This document shows positions 40,328-50,750 of a stretch of DNA of 64,000 nt, piece by piece. Position 1 is the first letter of the stretch. The number at the start of each line of letters is the position of its first letter. The stretch covers positions 768,001 through 832,000 of the forward strand of contig CBDHHL010000056.1 in assembly GCA_965263355.1 (NCBI GenBank). Direction: 5' to 3'. The notes below the pieces were generated by a model, which saw nothing but the letters and a program-made list of their open reading frames with translations, was not told the DNA's origin and searched no databases. The DNA comes from Leptolyngbyaceae cyanobacterium (lineage in GTDB: Bacteria; Cyanobacteriota; Cyanobacteriia; Phormidesmidales; Phormidesmidaceae). Position numbers and translations under genes: made by a program.

Positions 40328-41344
40328 ATGATTATTAGCCAAGATATATCTATTTTAGTAACTGGAGGCACTGGCTCTTTTGGCAAAGAATTTGTGAGAA
40401 GAATTTTAGATAAGTTCCCAAAGATTAGACGACTGGTTATTTATTCGAGAGATGAACTAAAACAGTTTGAGATGGCACAACAATTCTCTACCAGCGACCA
40501 TCCAGGCTTACGTTATTTTATTGGTGATGTCCGCGATCATCAACGACTGACTCGGGCATTTGAACAAATTGATGTTGTCGTACATGCTGCTGCTTTAAAA
40601 CAAGTTCCGGCAGCTGAATATAATCCTATGGAATTTGTCAAAACCAATGTCCTAGGAGCAGAAAATATTATTCAGGCGGCTCTGGATACCCAAGTCAAAA
40701 AGGTAGTAGCTTTGTCGACTGATAAAGCAGCAGCTCCAATTAATCTTTATGGTGCGACGAAACTTTGCTCAGACAAGCTTTTTATTGCAGCAAATAATAT
40801 TAAAGGACGCCGAGAACTGAGTTTCAGCGTTGTACGATATGGCAATGTCATGGGTTCAAGAGGATCAGTCATTCCCTTCTTCATAAAAAAACGCAAGGAT
40901 GGCGTTATCCCCATTACTAATCCACAAATGACTCGCTTCAACATATCTCTACAAGAAGGGATCGATATGGTTCTTTGGGCAATCGAGAAATCTTTGGGAG
41001 GAGAAATTTTAGTTCCCAGGATTCCCTCTTATCGAATTATTGATGTAGCCAAAGCTATTGCGCCTAATTGTAAGCATAAAATTGTAGGTATTCGTCCCGG
41101 AGAAAAAATCCATGAAGAGATGATTACCAGCTCAGATTCATATACAACTGTTGATCTTGGGTCCTATTACGCAATTTTACCCACTCAAGCAAGTTACAGT
41201 GTTGAGAGATATTGTGAAGTTATGGATGCAATACCTGTGGAACAAGGATTCAGCTACAATTCCGGTCAAAATGATCGATTTCTTACAGTTGAAGAGCTAC
41301 GGGCACTTACCAAAATTCACATCGATCCAGACTTCACTATCTAG
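40328..41344 (+). CDS. pseB: UDP-GlcNAc 4,6-dehydratase (inverting)
   Basis: TGGTGSFG, YSRDELKQ, HAAALKQVPAAEYNP, STDKAAAPINLYGATK, RYGNVMGSRGSV. Confidence 0.93.
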   Translation: MIISQDISILVTGGTGSFGKEFVRRILDKFPKIRRLVIYSRDELKQFEMAQQFSTSDHPGLRYFIGDVRDHQRLTRAFEQIDVVVHAAALKQVPAAEYNPMEFVKTNVLGAENIIQAALDTQVKKVVALSTDKAAAPINLYGATKLCSDKLFIAANNIKGRRELSFSVVRYGNVMGSRGSVIPFFIKKRKDGVIPITNPQMTRFNISLQEGIDMVLWAIEKSLGGEILVPRIPSYRIIDVAKAIAPNCKHKIVGIRPGEKIHEEMITSSDSYTTVDLGSYYAILPTQASYSVERYCEVMDAIPVEQGFSYNSGQNDRFLTVEELRALTKIHIDPDFTI

Positions 41345-41348
41345 AGCT

Positions 41349-42518
41349 ATGGGTGACTACATTCCTTATGGAAAGCAAGATATTACGCAACAAGATATTG
41401 ATTCTGTTGTCGCCGTCCTTAAATCAGACTGGCTGACCCAAGGACCTTTAATAGCTCAATTCGAACAGGCTATTGCAAATTACTGTGGGGCAAAATATGC
41501 TGTAGCTGTATCTAGCGCAACAGCAGCTTTACATATTGCTTGCATCGCTGCCGGATTATCCTCCGGAGACAGTTTATGGACTTCTCCAAATACGTTTGTC
41601 GCATCAGCTAATTGTGGCCTTTATTGCGGGGCAACTGTCGATTTTATTGATATCAATCCAAGAACTTATAATTTAAGCTTGGACAACCTCAAGACAAAAC
41701 TAGAACAATCAGCAAAACATGGGTATCAATTACCAAAAATATTAATACCAGTACATTTTGCGGGGCAATCCTGTGAAATGGAAGAAATTAGAGAGCTATC
41801 TCACTGCTATGGATTCCAGGTAATTGAAGATGCCTCTCACGCGATTGGTGGACAATATAAAGAAAAAGCTATTGGTAGCTGTTTCTTTTCAGATATGACA
41901 GTGTTTAGCTTTCATCCCGTAAAGATTATTACTACTGGCGAAGGTGGAATAGTAGTGACAAACCGTTCGGATTTATATGAGAAGTTAGTACGACTACGAA
42001 CTCATGGTGTGACGAAAGATTCAAACTTATTTCAGACTGAATCCCATGGACCTTGGTATTATCAACAACTTGAGTTGGGCTACAATTATCGTATCACTGA
42101 TATTCAATCCGCATTGGGGCTTAGTCAACTTAAACGGCTTGATGAGTTTTTAAAGCGCCGAAGGTGGTTAACTGCTCGATACAATAACTTTTTGAGAGAA
42201 CTGCCATTGACTTTACCCTGGCAGCATACAGATACAAACTCTAGTTGGCACCTATATGTAGTAAGACTGCAATTAAAGAAAATCAATAAAACTCACCGAC
42301 AAATATTTGAAGCACTTCGACAGCAAAATATTGGCGTGAATTTACATTATATTCCAGTACATATCCAGCCTTACTATCAGAACTTAGGATTTAACTGGGG
42401 AGATTTTCCCAATGCAGAACAGTACTATCGAGAGGCTATTAGTTTACCGCTGTACTATGGGTTAACTGAAAATGCCCAGGACAGAGTTATCCAAACCCTA
42501 TCTCAGATTTTGAAATAA
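41349..42518 (+). CDS. pseC: UDP-4-amino-4,6-dideoxy-AltNAc aminotransferase
   Basis: IPYGKQ.I...DI, LTQGP, SSATAALH, EDASHA, FSFHPVK.ITTGEGG; start at MGDY 41349. Confidence 0.92.
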   Translation: MGDYIPYGKQDITQQDIDSVVAVLKSDWLTQGPLIAQFEQAIANYCGAKYAVAVSSATAALHIACIAAGLSSGDSLWTSPNTFVASANCGLYCGATVDFIDINPRTYNLSLDNLKTKLEQSAKHGYQLPKILIPVHFAGQSCEMEEIRELSHCYGFQVIEDASHAIGGQYKEKAIGSCFFSDMTVFSFHPVKIITTGEGGIVVTNRSDLYEKLVRLRTHGVTKDSNLFQTESHGPWYYQQLELGYNYRITDIQSALGLSQLKRLDEFLKRRRWLTARYNNFLRELPLTLPWQHTDTNSSWHLYVVRLQLKKINKTHRQIFEALRQQNIGVNLHYIPVHIQPYYQNLGFNWGDFPNAEQYYREAISLPLYYGLTENAQDRVIQTLSQILK

Positions 42519-42538
42519 TTGCATACATGCTCCTGTTT

Positions 42539-43231
42539 ATGAAAATAGCAGTCATTCCAGCTCGGGGAGGAAGTAAGCGAATTCCTCGTAAAAACATTAA
42601 ACTCTTCTGTGGTCAACCAATGATATCGTGGTCAATTCAAACCGCCCAGAACACGCACTTGTTTGATCATGTAATTGTTTCTACTGAAGATTCTGAAATT
42701 TCCGAGGTGGCTAAAAGTTTGGGGGCAGAAGTTCCATTTATGCGGCCCCACAATCTTGCTGACGATTATACAGGAACTACAGAAGTTATCGCCCATGCTA
42801 CGCAATGGATGCTTGATCAACGGTGGCCTGTGACAGCTGTTTGCTGTATTTATGCAACAGCACCGTTTATTCAAGTAGATGACATCAAGCAAGGGCTAGA
42901 TTATTTGGAATCAGGTAATTGGGAATATACCTTCTCAGCCACAGAATTTGCAGCACCTATCTTCCGATCATTTCAACAAACTCCAGAAGGAGAAATTAAA
43001 ATGTTTTTTCCAGAATATTTTTTGGTTCGGTCTCAGGACATACCTGTAGCGTTACATGACGCTGGGCAATTTTATTGGGGGCGACCCTCCGCATGGTTAC
43101 GTAGTAAACGTATTTTTGATCAGCATTCGACATGTGTTGTCATCCCGAAATGGCGCGTATGTGATATTGATACTGAAGAAGATTGGAAAAAAGCAGAAAT
43201 TATTGCTCCTGTTATCATGAAAAACATCTAA
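42539..43231 (+). CDS. pseF: Pseudaminic acid cytidylyltransferase
   Basis: IPARGGSKRIPRKNI, CCIYATAPF, RSQD, DAGQFYW, DIDTEEDW. Confidence 0.92.
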   Translation: MKIAVIPARGGSKRIPRKNIKLFCGQPMISWSIQTAQNTHLFDHVIVSTEDSEISEVAKSLGAEVPFMRPHNLADDYTGTTEVIAHATQWMLDQRWPVTAVCCIYATAPFIQVDDIKQGLDYLESGNWEYTFSATEFAAPIFRSFQQTPEGEIKMFFPEYFLVRSQDIPVALHDAGQFYWGRPSAWLRSKRIFDQHSTCVVIPKWRVCDIDTEEDWKKAEIIAPVIMKNI

Positions 43232-43251
43232 ACAAAAGCGAAGAAAGAGAC

Positions 43252-43875
43252 ATGGGAAATTTCACAACTGAGCAGGAATATTTTTGGGCTGGTGACTTTG
43301 GGAACGATTATGCTGCTAGAAATAGCTCAGACAAGTTGTTTTCCAGTAATATTTCACTGTTTTCTACTATCTTAAAGCACACGCATGATGTGAAATCTGT
43401 CATCGAATTTGGTGCAAATATTGGTCTAAACTTGAATGCAATCAAATATCTTTTACCACAAGTAGAGTTATCTGCAGTTGAAATCAATCAAAAGGCCAGT
43501 AAAAGCTTGCAGGCTAACAATATAAAAACATATGTACAATCTATTTTTAATTTCTCCCCAACTCAAAAATATGATTTTGTCTTAACCAAAGGGTTATTAA
43601 TTCATGTTAACCCAGAACAACTTCCTAAAATTTACCAAACCATATACAAGGCATGTAAACACTATATCTGTGTAGCCGAATATTATAATCCCACTCCTAT
43701 CGAGAAAACCTACCGCGGGCATGACAACAAGTTGTTTAAACGTGATTTTGCAGGAGACTTGTTAGATCAATTTAGTGACTTAAAGTTGTTAGATTATGGT
43801 TTTGTCTATCATCGAGACAATCATTTTCCACAAGATGACATAACTTGGTTCGTACTTGAAAAATCACTACCCTAA
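43252..43875 (+). CDS. Pseudaminic-acid-biosynthesis-associated SAM methyltransferase
   Basis: TEQE.FW.G.FG..Y..RN, EFGANIG.N, GLLIH.NP, EYYNP.P...YRGH..KLFKRDFAG. Confidence 0.88.
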   Translation: MGNFTTEQEYFWAGDFGNDYAARNSSDKLFSSNISLFSTILKHTHDVKSVIEFGANIGLNLNAIKYLLPQVELSAVEINQKASKSLQANNIKTYVQSIFNFSPTQKYDFVLTKGLLIHVNPEQLPKIYQTIYKACKHYICVAEYYNPTPIEKTYRGHDNKLFKRDFAGDLLDQFSDLKLLDYGFVYHRDNHFPQDDITWFVLEKSLP

Positions 43876-45368
43876 TGAAAATACTTATTCGAGCGGATGC
43901 TTCTTCTGAAATTGGGACTGGACATGTTATGCGTTGCATGGCCTTAGCTCAAGCATGGATCGAGCAAGGAGGGGGGGTAACTTTCCTAATGGTTCCTGGT
44001 ATTACCGCTTTGGAAACAAGGTTAAGAGCTGAGGGTATCCAGGTTGTGCATATGCCGTTCTTCTCAGGGAGCCAAGAAGATGTGCATCAAACCATTGTCC
44101 ATGCTAATTCTTTGAATATTACTTGGGTAGTGGTGGATGGCTATCAGTTTGGTGCTGACTATCAACAAGTAATTAAAAATGCTGGTCTGAAACTATTGTT
44201 GATGGATGATTATGGTCATGCAAAATACTATTGGGCAGATCTAGTACTCAATCAAAATATTTATGCTCATGAGCGTATTTATGCTAATCGAGACGCTTGT
44301 ACACAACTACTACTAGGAACTTCTTATGCATTGTTGAGGAAGGAGTTTTGGCCATGGCGAGACTGGTCTCGCAGGGTTCCAGCCGTAGCTTGCAAAATAT
44401 TAGTAACCTTAGGGGGAAGTGACCCCGATAACGTTACCCTCAATGTGATTCAAGCTTTGCTACAGGTTAAGGTTGATGGCTTGGAGGTGATAGTTGTTGT
44501 TGGGAGTGGTAATCCCCACTACGAGCAGTTGCAAAAATCTATTCAAGGCACTGAAATAGCAATTACACTGAAACACAATGTGAGCAATATGCCTGAGTTG
44601 ATGGCTTGGGCAGATTTAGCAGTTACGGCTGGAGGGAGCACCTGCTGGGAAATTGCGTTTATGGGATTGCCAAGCTTGGTAATCGTTTTGGCAGAGAATC
44701 AATGTGCGATCGCAGAGAAATTAGAGGCTATTGGTGCTGTAATAAACTTAGGGTGGCATACTAAATTGTCGCCTAATATGTGTCAGCTAGAAATTAATAG
44801 ACTAGCTAAAAATATAGATTTGCGAAGAGAGATTAGTCAGCACAATCGACAGCTGGTTGATGGAGAAGGTAGTGACAGAATACTTATGCATCTTCGACAT
44901 CAGAGACTACGCCTCAGGAATGTACATGAAGATGACTGTGAACTTCTTTGGCGATGGGCAAATGATTTGAGTGTCAGAAAAGCTGCATTCAAATCTGATT
45001 TCATTCCTTGGCAGGAACATTTACAGTGGTTCTATCTCAAGCTTCAAGACTCGAGTTGCTGCATTTATATCGCACTTGACAGACAGGATAATGCTGTTGG
45101 CCAAATACGATTCGATATTTATAATAGTCAACGTGCAGAAATAGATATTAGTCTTGATAAAAGCAAACGAGGGTTGGGCTATGGAGCTGAATTAATTAAG
45201 TTAGGTATTAATAGTTTTTTAGCTTATGCATCTGTACAAGCTGTTTATGCATCGATAAAAAAAAATAACCACCCATCAATTAGAGCCTTTGAAAAGGCTG
45301 GCTTTCAAAAAGACGATACCCAAAAGCATTTCCATGAGAAAGCTGTAATATATGTTTTTGAAGTTTAA
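43875..45368 (+). CDS. pseG: PseG UDP-sugar hydrolase fused to PseH-like GNAT acetyltransferase
   Basis: IRADAS..IGTGHVMRC, VVDGY, LGGSD, AGGST.WE, ENQ; C-terminal GNAT domain (W.N...VR, GQIRFD, RGLGYG, N..S.RAFEKAGF). Confidence 0.88.
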   Translation: MKILIRADASSEIGTGHVMRCMALAQAWIEQGGGVTFLMVPGITALETRLRAEGIQVVHMPFFSGSQEDVHQTIVHANSLNITWVVVDGYQFGADYQQVIKNAGLKLLLMDDYGHAKYYWADLVLNQNIYAHERIYANRDACTQLLLGTSYALLRKEFWPWRDWSRRVPAVACKILVTLGGSDPDNVTLNVIQALLQVKVDGLEVIVVVGSGNPHYEQLQKSIQGTEIAITLKHNVSNMPELMAWADLAVTAGGSTCWEIAFMGLPSLVIVLAENQCAIAEKLEAIGAVINLGWHTKLSPNMCQLEINRLAKNIDLRREISQHNRQLVDGEGSDRILMHLRHQRLRLRNVHEDDCELLWRWANDLSVRKAAFKSDFIPWQEHLQWFYLKLQDSSCCIYIALDRQDNAVGQIRFDIYNSQRAEIDISLDKSKRGLGYGAELIKLGINSFLAYASVQAVYASIKKNNHPSIRAFEKAGFQKDDTQKHFHEKAVIYVFEV

Positions 45369-45624
45369 ATATGATGACTTTGATATTTTAATATAATGCA
45401 CGAAATTCTTCCCAAAAGAGAGCCTTTTTATTATTCCAAAAGAGAGTCTGAAGAGATCCGCTAAGTTCCAGATAGAACCATAAGAGAATAGTTTACTGGA
45501 TAGTAGAAAATAATCATTATCTAGTTTTATTTGAAATCAATGATGAAACCTATACTCTAAAGGAAGCTATATGTTCTAAAGGTAGAGAGACAATAATCCA
45601 TCTGGGTTTTAATGGAGTTTTTAT

Positions 45625-46320
45625 ATGAATTCTCAGTATATTGTGGTGGGAAGTAAATCTTGGAATCGAAAAGTGTTTGACCAGTGTCTGGTTGACCAGT
45701 CGGGGAGATGGACTTTTATTGATTCCCATGAAGCTCTAAATTTGGCCAAAATAGATAAAATTAAGCCTCGCTATATTTTTTTTCTCCACTGGTCTTGGAA
45801 AGTATCTAATGAGTTACTTGATAAATATGAATGTGTTTGCTTCCATATGACAGATGTTCCGTATGGAAGAGGAGGTAGTCCACTTCAGAATTTAATTGTT
45901 AGAGGACATAAAATCACCAAAATGACGGCTCTAAGAATGACACAAGAGCTTGATGGAGGTCCAGTGTACTATAAAGAGCCACTTTACTTAGGAGGGAATG
46001 CAGAGGAAATCTATATTCGTGCGAGTTATCTCTCTGCCAAGATAATAAAAAGGATTATTAAGGAACAACCGAACCCAATAGCTCAAACAGGAAAGATAAC
46101 CATCTTTAAGCGAAGACAACCTGACGAAAGTGAAATTTTAGGCATTGAATCACTTGATAGTTTGTATGATCATATACGAATGCTTGACGCAGAAGGCTAT
46201 CCCAAATCTTTTATCCAATATCAAGGCTTTCGATATGAGTTTAGTCGAGCAGTTTTGTATGATGGGCAAATTAAAGCCGATGTCACAATTACCCCTTTAG
46301 AAGAAGGAGATCCTGACTAA
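45625..46320 (+). CDS. Formyltransferase (methionyl-tRNA formyltransferase-like), putative sugar N-formyltransferase
   Basis: FHMTDVPYGRGGSPLQNLI..G, ELDGGP, IRMLDA.GYP. Confidence 0.8.
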   Translation: MNSQYIVVGSKSWNRKVFDQCLVDQSGRWTFIDSHEALNLAKIDKIKPRYIFFLHWSWKVSNELLDKYECVCFHMTDVPYGRGGSPLQNLIVRGHKITKMTALRMTQELDGGPVYYKEPLYLGGNAEEIYIRASYLSAKIIKRIIKEQPNPIAQTGKITIFKRRQPDESEILGIESLDSLYDHIRMLDAEGYPKSFIQYQGFRYEFSRAVLYDGQIKADVTITPLEEGDPD

Positions 46321-47003
46321 TGAATGTGTTAGTTGTTGCCGCCCATCCAGATGATGAAGTTTTAGGCTGTGGCGCGACTATTGCAAAACATACTCAGCAA
46401 GGTGACTCTGTCTATATATTAATTCTTGCAGAAGGTGTTACTAGTCGAGGTGAGCAGCATAATCGTAAGATGTGGCATTCAGAGCTTTCTGCGGTAACGA
46501 AAGCTGCTCAACGGGCAAGTGAAATTTTGGGTGCTACTTCTGTAGCTCTCAAAGGATTTCCAGATAATCGGATGGATGGATGTGAACTACTTGACATAAT
46601 CAAAATAGTGGAAGAGAGCATTTCTAAATATCAACCAGAAGTTATTTATACCCACCATATTGGTGATGTAAATATTGATCATCAATATACTCATAGAGCA
46701 GTTGTAACGGCGTGTCGACCGGTGCCACACCATCCAGTCAAAACATTATTATTTTTTGAAGTTCCATCTAGTACTGAGTGGCAACCACCAGGTTCGTCTT
46801 CAAGTTTTGTTCCTAATTGGTATGTAGACATTGGAAGAACGCTAGAACTGAAATGTCAAGCACTAGCAGCTTATGCTGCTGAGATGCGACAGTGGCCTCA
46901 TCCTAGATCTATAGAAGCTGTCAACTATCTTGCAAAATGGCGAGGTTGTTGTGTGGGCATAGAAGCTGCTGAAGCCTTCATTTTAGGAAGACATCTAAGC
47001 TAA
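46320..47003 (+). CDS. PIG-L/LmbE family N-deacetylase
   Basis: AAHPDDEVLG.G metal motif; TH...D.N.DH; EAF; TAATG overlap with the formyltransferase. Confidence 0.9.
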   Translation: MNVLVVAAHPDDEVLGCGATIAKHTQQGDSVYILILAEGVTSRGEQHNRKMWHSELSAVTKAAQRASEILGATSVALKGFPDNRMDGCELLDIIKIVEESISKYQPEVIYTHHIGDVNIDHQYTHRAVVTACRPVPHHPVKTLLFFEVPSSTEWQPPGSSSSFVPNWYVDIGRTLELKCQALAAYAAEMRQWPHPRSIEAVNYLAKWRGCCVGIEAAEAFILGRHLS

Positions 47004-47051
47004 AGCCTCTTGTTAGAAGATACTTGAAATGTTTGGCGTTCTACCCCTCAT

Positions 47052-48110
47052 ATGGAAGTTATGCAAAATATTAAAATTGCCCACCGTGCGATTGGTGCAA
47101 GTCAACCTCCATTTATAGTTGCCGAAATGTCTGGCAATCATAATCAGTCTTTGGAACGGGCATTAGAAATTGTTGAGGCAGCTGCAAAGGCGGGCGTTTA
47201 CGGCCTTAAGCTTCAAACATATACTGCCGACACCATGACTCTTGATATTAATAAAGGTGAATTTCTTATTACTGATCCTAACAGCTTATGGTGTGGGAAC
47301 TCACTTTATAAACTCTATCAAAAAGCTCATACCCCTTGGGAATGGCATCAACCTATCTTCAAAAAATGTAAAGAGCTTGGCATAGTTGGCTTTAGCACTC
47401 CCTTTGATAAGACCTCCGTCGATTTTCTGGAATCCTTAGATGTGCCTTGTTATAAGATCGCATCTTTTGAAAATACTGATTTGCCGTTGATTCGTAAAGT
47501 CGCTGGGACAGGCAAGCCGATGATTATATCTACAGGAATGGCTACGGCTGCTGAACTTGACGAAACTGTCCGCACTGCTCATGAAGCAGGTTGTCAAGAT
47601 CTCATTCTGCTTAAATGTACCAGCACTTATCCTGCTAGCCCTGACAATACTAATATTCTTACCATTCCTCATATGCGCGAATTATTTAACGTCCAAGTAG
47701 GGGTATCAGACCATACCTTAGGCATAGGTGTCAGTATTGCCAGTGTCGCTCTCGGAGCAACCTTTATCGAAAAACACTTCACTCTTAACCGGAGTCATGG
47801 AGGTGTAGATTCAGCTTTTTCTATGGAACCCTCTGAAATGAGGCAGCTAGTACTGGAAACTGAAAGAGCTTGGCAGGCATTAGGTAGGATTAAGTATGGC
47901 CCCACAGAAGCTGAAAAACAATCTCTAACATTTCGCCGCAGTTTATATGCAGCTGAAAATATCAAAGCAGGAGAAGTATTTAATACTCATAATATTAGGG
48001 CGATTAGACCAGGCTATGGATTAGCAACAAAGTACTTTGAAAAAATCATAGGAAAAAAAGCGAAAACTGACATTAAAAAAGGAACCGCTTTAAGTTGGGA
48101 TTTATTTTAG
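47052..48110 (+). CDS. pseI: Pseudaminic acid synthase
   Basis: AEMSGNHN, KLQTYT.DTMT, AHTPWEWH, KIASFE, ISTGMA, SDHT, IEKHFT, RRSL and C-terminal SAF domain. Confidence 0.94.
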   Translation: MEVMQNIKIAHRAIGASQPPFIVAEMSGNHNQSLERALEIVEAAAKAGVYGLKLQTYTADTMTLDINKGEFLITDPNSLWCGNSLYKLYQKAHTPWEWHQPIFKKCKELGIVGFSTPFDKTSVDFLESLDVPCYKIASFENTDLPLIRKVAGTGKPMIISTGMATAAELDETVRTAHEAGCQDLILLKCTSTYPASPDNTNILTIPHMRELFNVQVGVSDHTLGIGVSIASVALGATFIEKHFTLNRSHGGVDSAFSMEPSEMRQLVLETERAWQALGRIKYGPTEAEKQSLTFRRSLYAAENIKAGEVFNTHNIRAIRPGYGLATKYFEKIIGKKAKTDIKKGTALSWDLF

Positions 48111-48141
48111 TGATAAAGATAAATTCAACCCTATCAAAAAT

Positions 48142-49578
48142 ATGGATATTTTAATCATTGAGTCATTTTCCTGGAATCCGCATATAGAGACCGCTGGTGA
48201 AATTGCCATCACACGAACAACTGCAGGTTTAAAAACTAGCTTTTGTTTTATTGATGTTGATAATCCTGATGATTGCCGGTTTACTCACATCAATTGGTTT
48301 AAAAAGATTTTCTTTATAAAAAAACGAGAAAGGCTTTCCCAATTAAAAAATATTTTAAGAAAATTTGGAGTAACTATTGTCCCAGAACTCCCCTTATCTG
48401 AAAGAGTAAAGTTAGAAATAGATAGCTTCTCACAAAACTTTCCTAAAAATTTAGAAGAACTGAAGAACTATAAGTATAAAGATGCTGAATTAGGCCTAGC
48501 TACAACTTCTTCGCTAATAACTAAAACCGGAGCTTTGACCCCTGACCTCAGTCAATATCTGACACTTATACAAAGATACTTACATTCCTCTGCAACTGTC
48601 TATGAAAGAAGTCAAATACTATTTTCAACCTATAAGCCTCGAAAAATCATCTCTTTCAATGGGCGTTTTGCTTGTGCAAAGGCAGTTTTTGAAGCTGCTA
48701 AACACCTCAATATTGATATTGAATATCATGAGCGTGGTGCTACCCAGAATCAATATGAAGTATTCCAGAAGCAACCCCATGATTTTAAATACATACGCCA
48801 TCAGATAAAAAACTATTGGCAAGTAGCCGATATAAATAAAAGAGACATAGCTCATGATTTCTATCAACGCAGACGGCAAGGAGATGGCATTGGTTGGAAA
48901 AGCTTTACACAACATCAACAGAAAGGCTTAGCACCAAAACCTTTAGTTAAATATCGTCAGATAATATACTACTCATCAAGCGATGATGAATTTGCAGCTG
49001 TTGGCGATTTAGTTAAGAATCCACTTTTTCCAAACCAACGGGAAGCTATTAAATTTTTAATAAACTGGATTGACCAACAGGATAACTGCCAACTGACTAT
49101 TAGGGTTCATCCCCACCTCCAGAAAAAATCTGTTAAGGACCGGAATTGGTGGAATTCTTTGGAGGGAAAAAACATTAATGTAATAGCTTCTGACTCAGAA
49201 GTTGATTCCTATGCGTTGATAGCGTCAGCTGATATTGTTCTAGTTTATAACTCAACGATTGGTGTTGAAGCGACATATTGGGGTAAACCTTCAATACTTT
49301 TAGGAGATAGTTTATATTCTGGATTAGACTGCGTTTATGAGCCTGAATGTCTTACAGAATTGTCCACATTATTGGAACAAAATGTGCTCTTTGCACTCCC
49401 ACAAGAAAATTGCTTGCCCTACGGTTATTACTTTCTACGTAGAGGTATTGAATACAGGTATTACAAACCATATGGTTTATTTTCCGGTACTTTTTTAGGT
49501 CAATATTTAGGACCAGAACCTAGGTACTATAGATTTCTAAAATCAGTCAAGCGAAGAATACTATCAGAAGAAGCTTGA
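48142..49578 (+). CDS. KpsS/Capsule_synth-like protein, candidate CMP-Pse transferase
   Basis: FNGR, HERG, IRVHP, NST.G.EA..WGKP motifs resemble the KpsC/KpsS-type ulosonic acid transferase fold; lies directly after pseI. Confidence 0.55.
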   Translation: MDILIIESFSWNPHIETAGEIAITRTTAGLKTSFCFIDVDNPDDCRFTHINWFKKIFFIKKRERLSQLKNILRKFGVTIVPELPLSERVKLEIDSFSQNFPKNLEELKNYKYKDAELGLATTSSLITKTGALTPDLSQYLTLIQRYLHSSATVYERSQILFSTYKPRKIISFNGRFACAKAVFEAAKHLNIDIEYHERGATQNQYEVFQKQPHDFKYIRHQIKNYWQVADINKRDIAHDFYQRRRQGDGIGWKSFTQHQQKGLAPKPLVKYRQIIYYSSSDDEFAAVGDLVKNPLFPNQREAIKFLINWIDQQDNCQLTIRVHPHLQKKSVKDRNWWNSLEGKNINVIASDSEVDSYALIASADIVLVYNSTIGVEATYWGKPSILLGDSLYSGLDCVYEPECLTELSTLLEQNVLFALPQENCLPYGYYFLRRGIEYRYYKPYGLFSGTFLGQYLGPEPRYYRFLKSVKRRILSEEA

Positions 49579-49725
49579 GCGACTTCAATGAGATTCGGAT
49601 CAATGCATGATTATAATTCCAAACATTAGTTACTATTCAAGATAATCCAGTATTTAGCCTTCCTAAAATACAATTAAACTGTAAATTGTAAAGCTGAGTT
49701 TTTGCTACTCCTCAAATTTCCTAGT

Positions 49726-50736
49726 ATGGAATTATCAGAATATAAGCCACTAGTCAGCATTATTATAGTCAATTATAATTATCATCAATTTTTAGCTCAG
49801 GCTGTAGATAGTGCATTACAGCAAAAATATAACAATATAGAAGTTATTATTGTAGACGATGGATCAACAGATACTTCTGCTGAAATAATATCTAACTATG
49901 TTGGTAAACTAATTACCTTAAAGAAACAAAATGGTGGCCAGGCTTCAGCGATGAACCTTGGATTTGCAGTCAGTCGGGGTGATTTGATCCTTTTTTTAGA
50001 TGCTGATGATTTTTTGTTTCCAAATGCGATAATTCAATTTCTAAAGAGTATACCGGCCCAAAAAAATATTTCAAAAGTTCATGCACCTCTATTAGTAGCT
50101 GATTCAGCAGGTAATATATCTACCCAAAAAGTTCCCAAACAGCCGCTAGATGCTGGTGACTTGAGGGATCATCTATTAAAACATGGTCCTGAAAGTTATG
50201 TGTGTTCACCTACTTCAGGCAATCTGTGGACACGCCATTTTCTGAAACAAGCTTTACCAATACCTCATAAGATATATAAAACGTCTGCTGATTCCTATTT
50301 ATTTACTCTGTCACCACTATTTGGTGAGACTTTACAACTAGAAAGACCTATTGGTATCTATCGAGTACATGGGAATAACGCCTATTGGAATTCAACAATT
50401 CAAGCTCAAGATTTACGGACTGACGCATATCGCTATTTATCTAGGGTTAACACGCTTCGCTATTTTGCAAAAGCATTAAATTTATCGCCAAAGTCTACTT
50501 CTTGGAAACTAGGTAATCGTTACTATTTGGCTAGAATAGTCTTACTTGCAAGGTTACAACATCGAACGTTATCCCCTAGATTTCTTCTTGCTTGTTTACA
50601 AGCTAGCTTAGTTGCCCCCATTGCTTATCTAAAGCGATTGGGATGGGTTATCTGGTTCTTCGCTATATGGATTTCTCCAATACGTTTTATCCCAAATATA
50701 GCTAAACCTTTTATCAAATTAAAAACACGTCTCTAA
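49726..50736 (+). CDS. GT2 family glycosyltransferase
   Basis: VSIII.NYNY, VDDGSTD, NGGQASA.N, FLDADD. Confidence 0.9.
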   Translation: MELSEYKPLVSIIIVNYNYHQFLAQAVDSALQQKYNNIEVIIVDDGSTDTSAEIISNYVGKLITLKKQNGGQASAMNLGFAVSRGDLILFLDADDFLFPNAIIQFLKSIPAQKNISKVHAPLLVADSAGNISTQKVPKQPLDAGDLRDHLLKHGPESYVCSPTSGNLWTRHFLKQALPIPHKIYKTSADSYLFTLSPLFGETLQLERPIGIYRVHGNNAYWNSTIQAQDLRTDAYRYLSRVNTLRYFAKALNLSPKSTSWKLGNRYYLARIVLLARLQHRTLSPRFLLACLQASLVAPIAYLKRLGWVIWFFAIWISPIRFIPNIAKPFIKLKTRL

Positions 50737-50750
50737 AGGTTCTTAATTCA

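Noticed and set aside
40328..48110. Flagellin glycosylation locus
   Set aside because: Cyanobacteria lack flagella, no maf or flagellin gene is present, and the lipid-carrier and ABC genes indicate en-bloc transfer.
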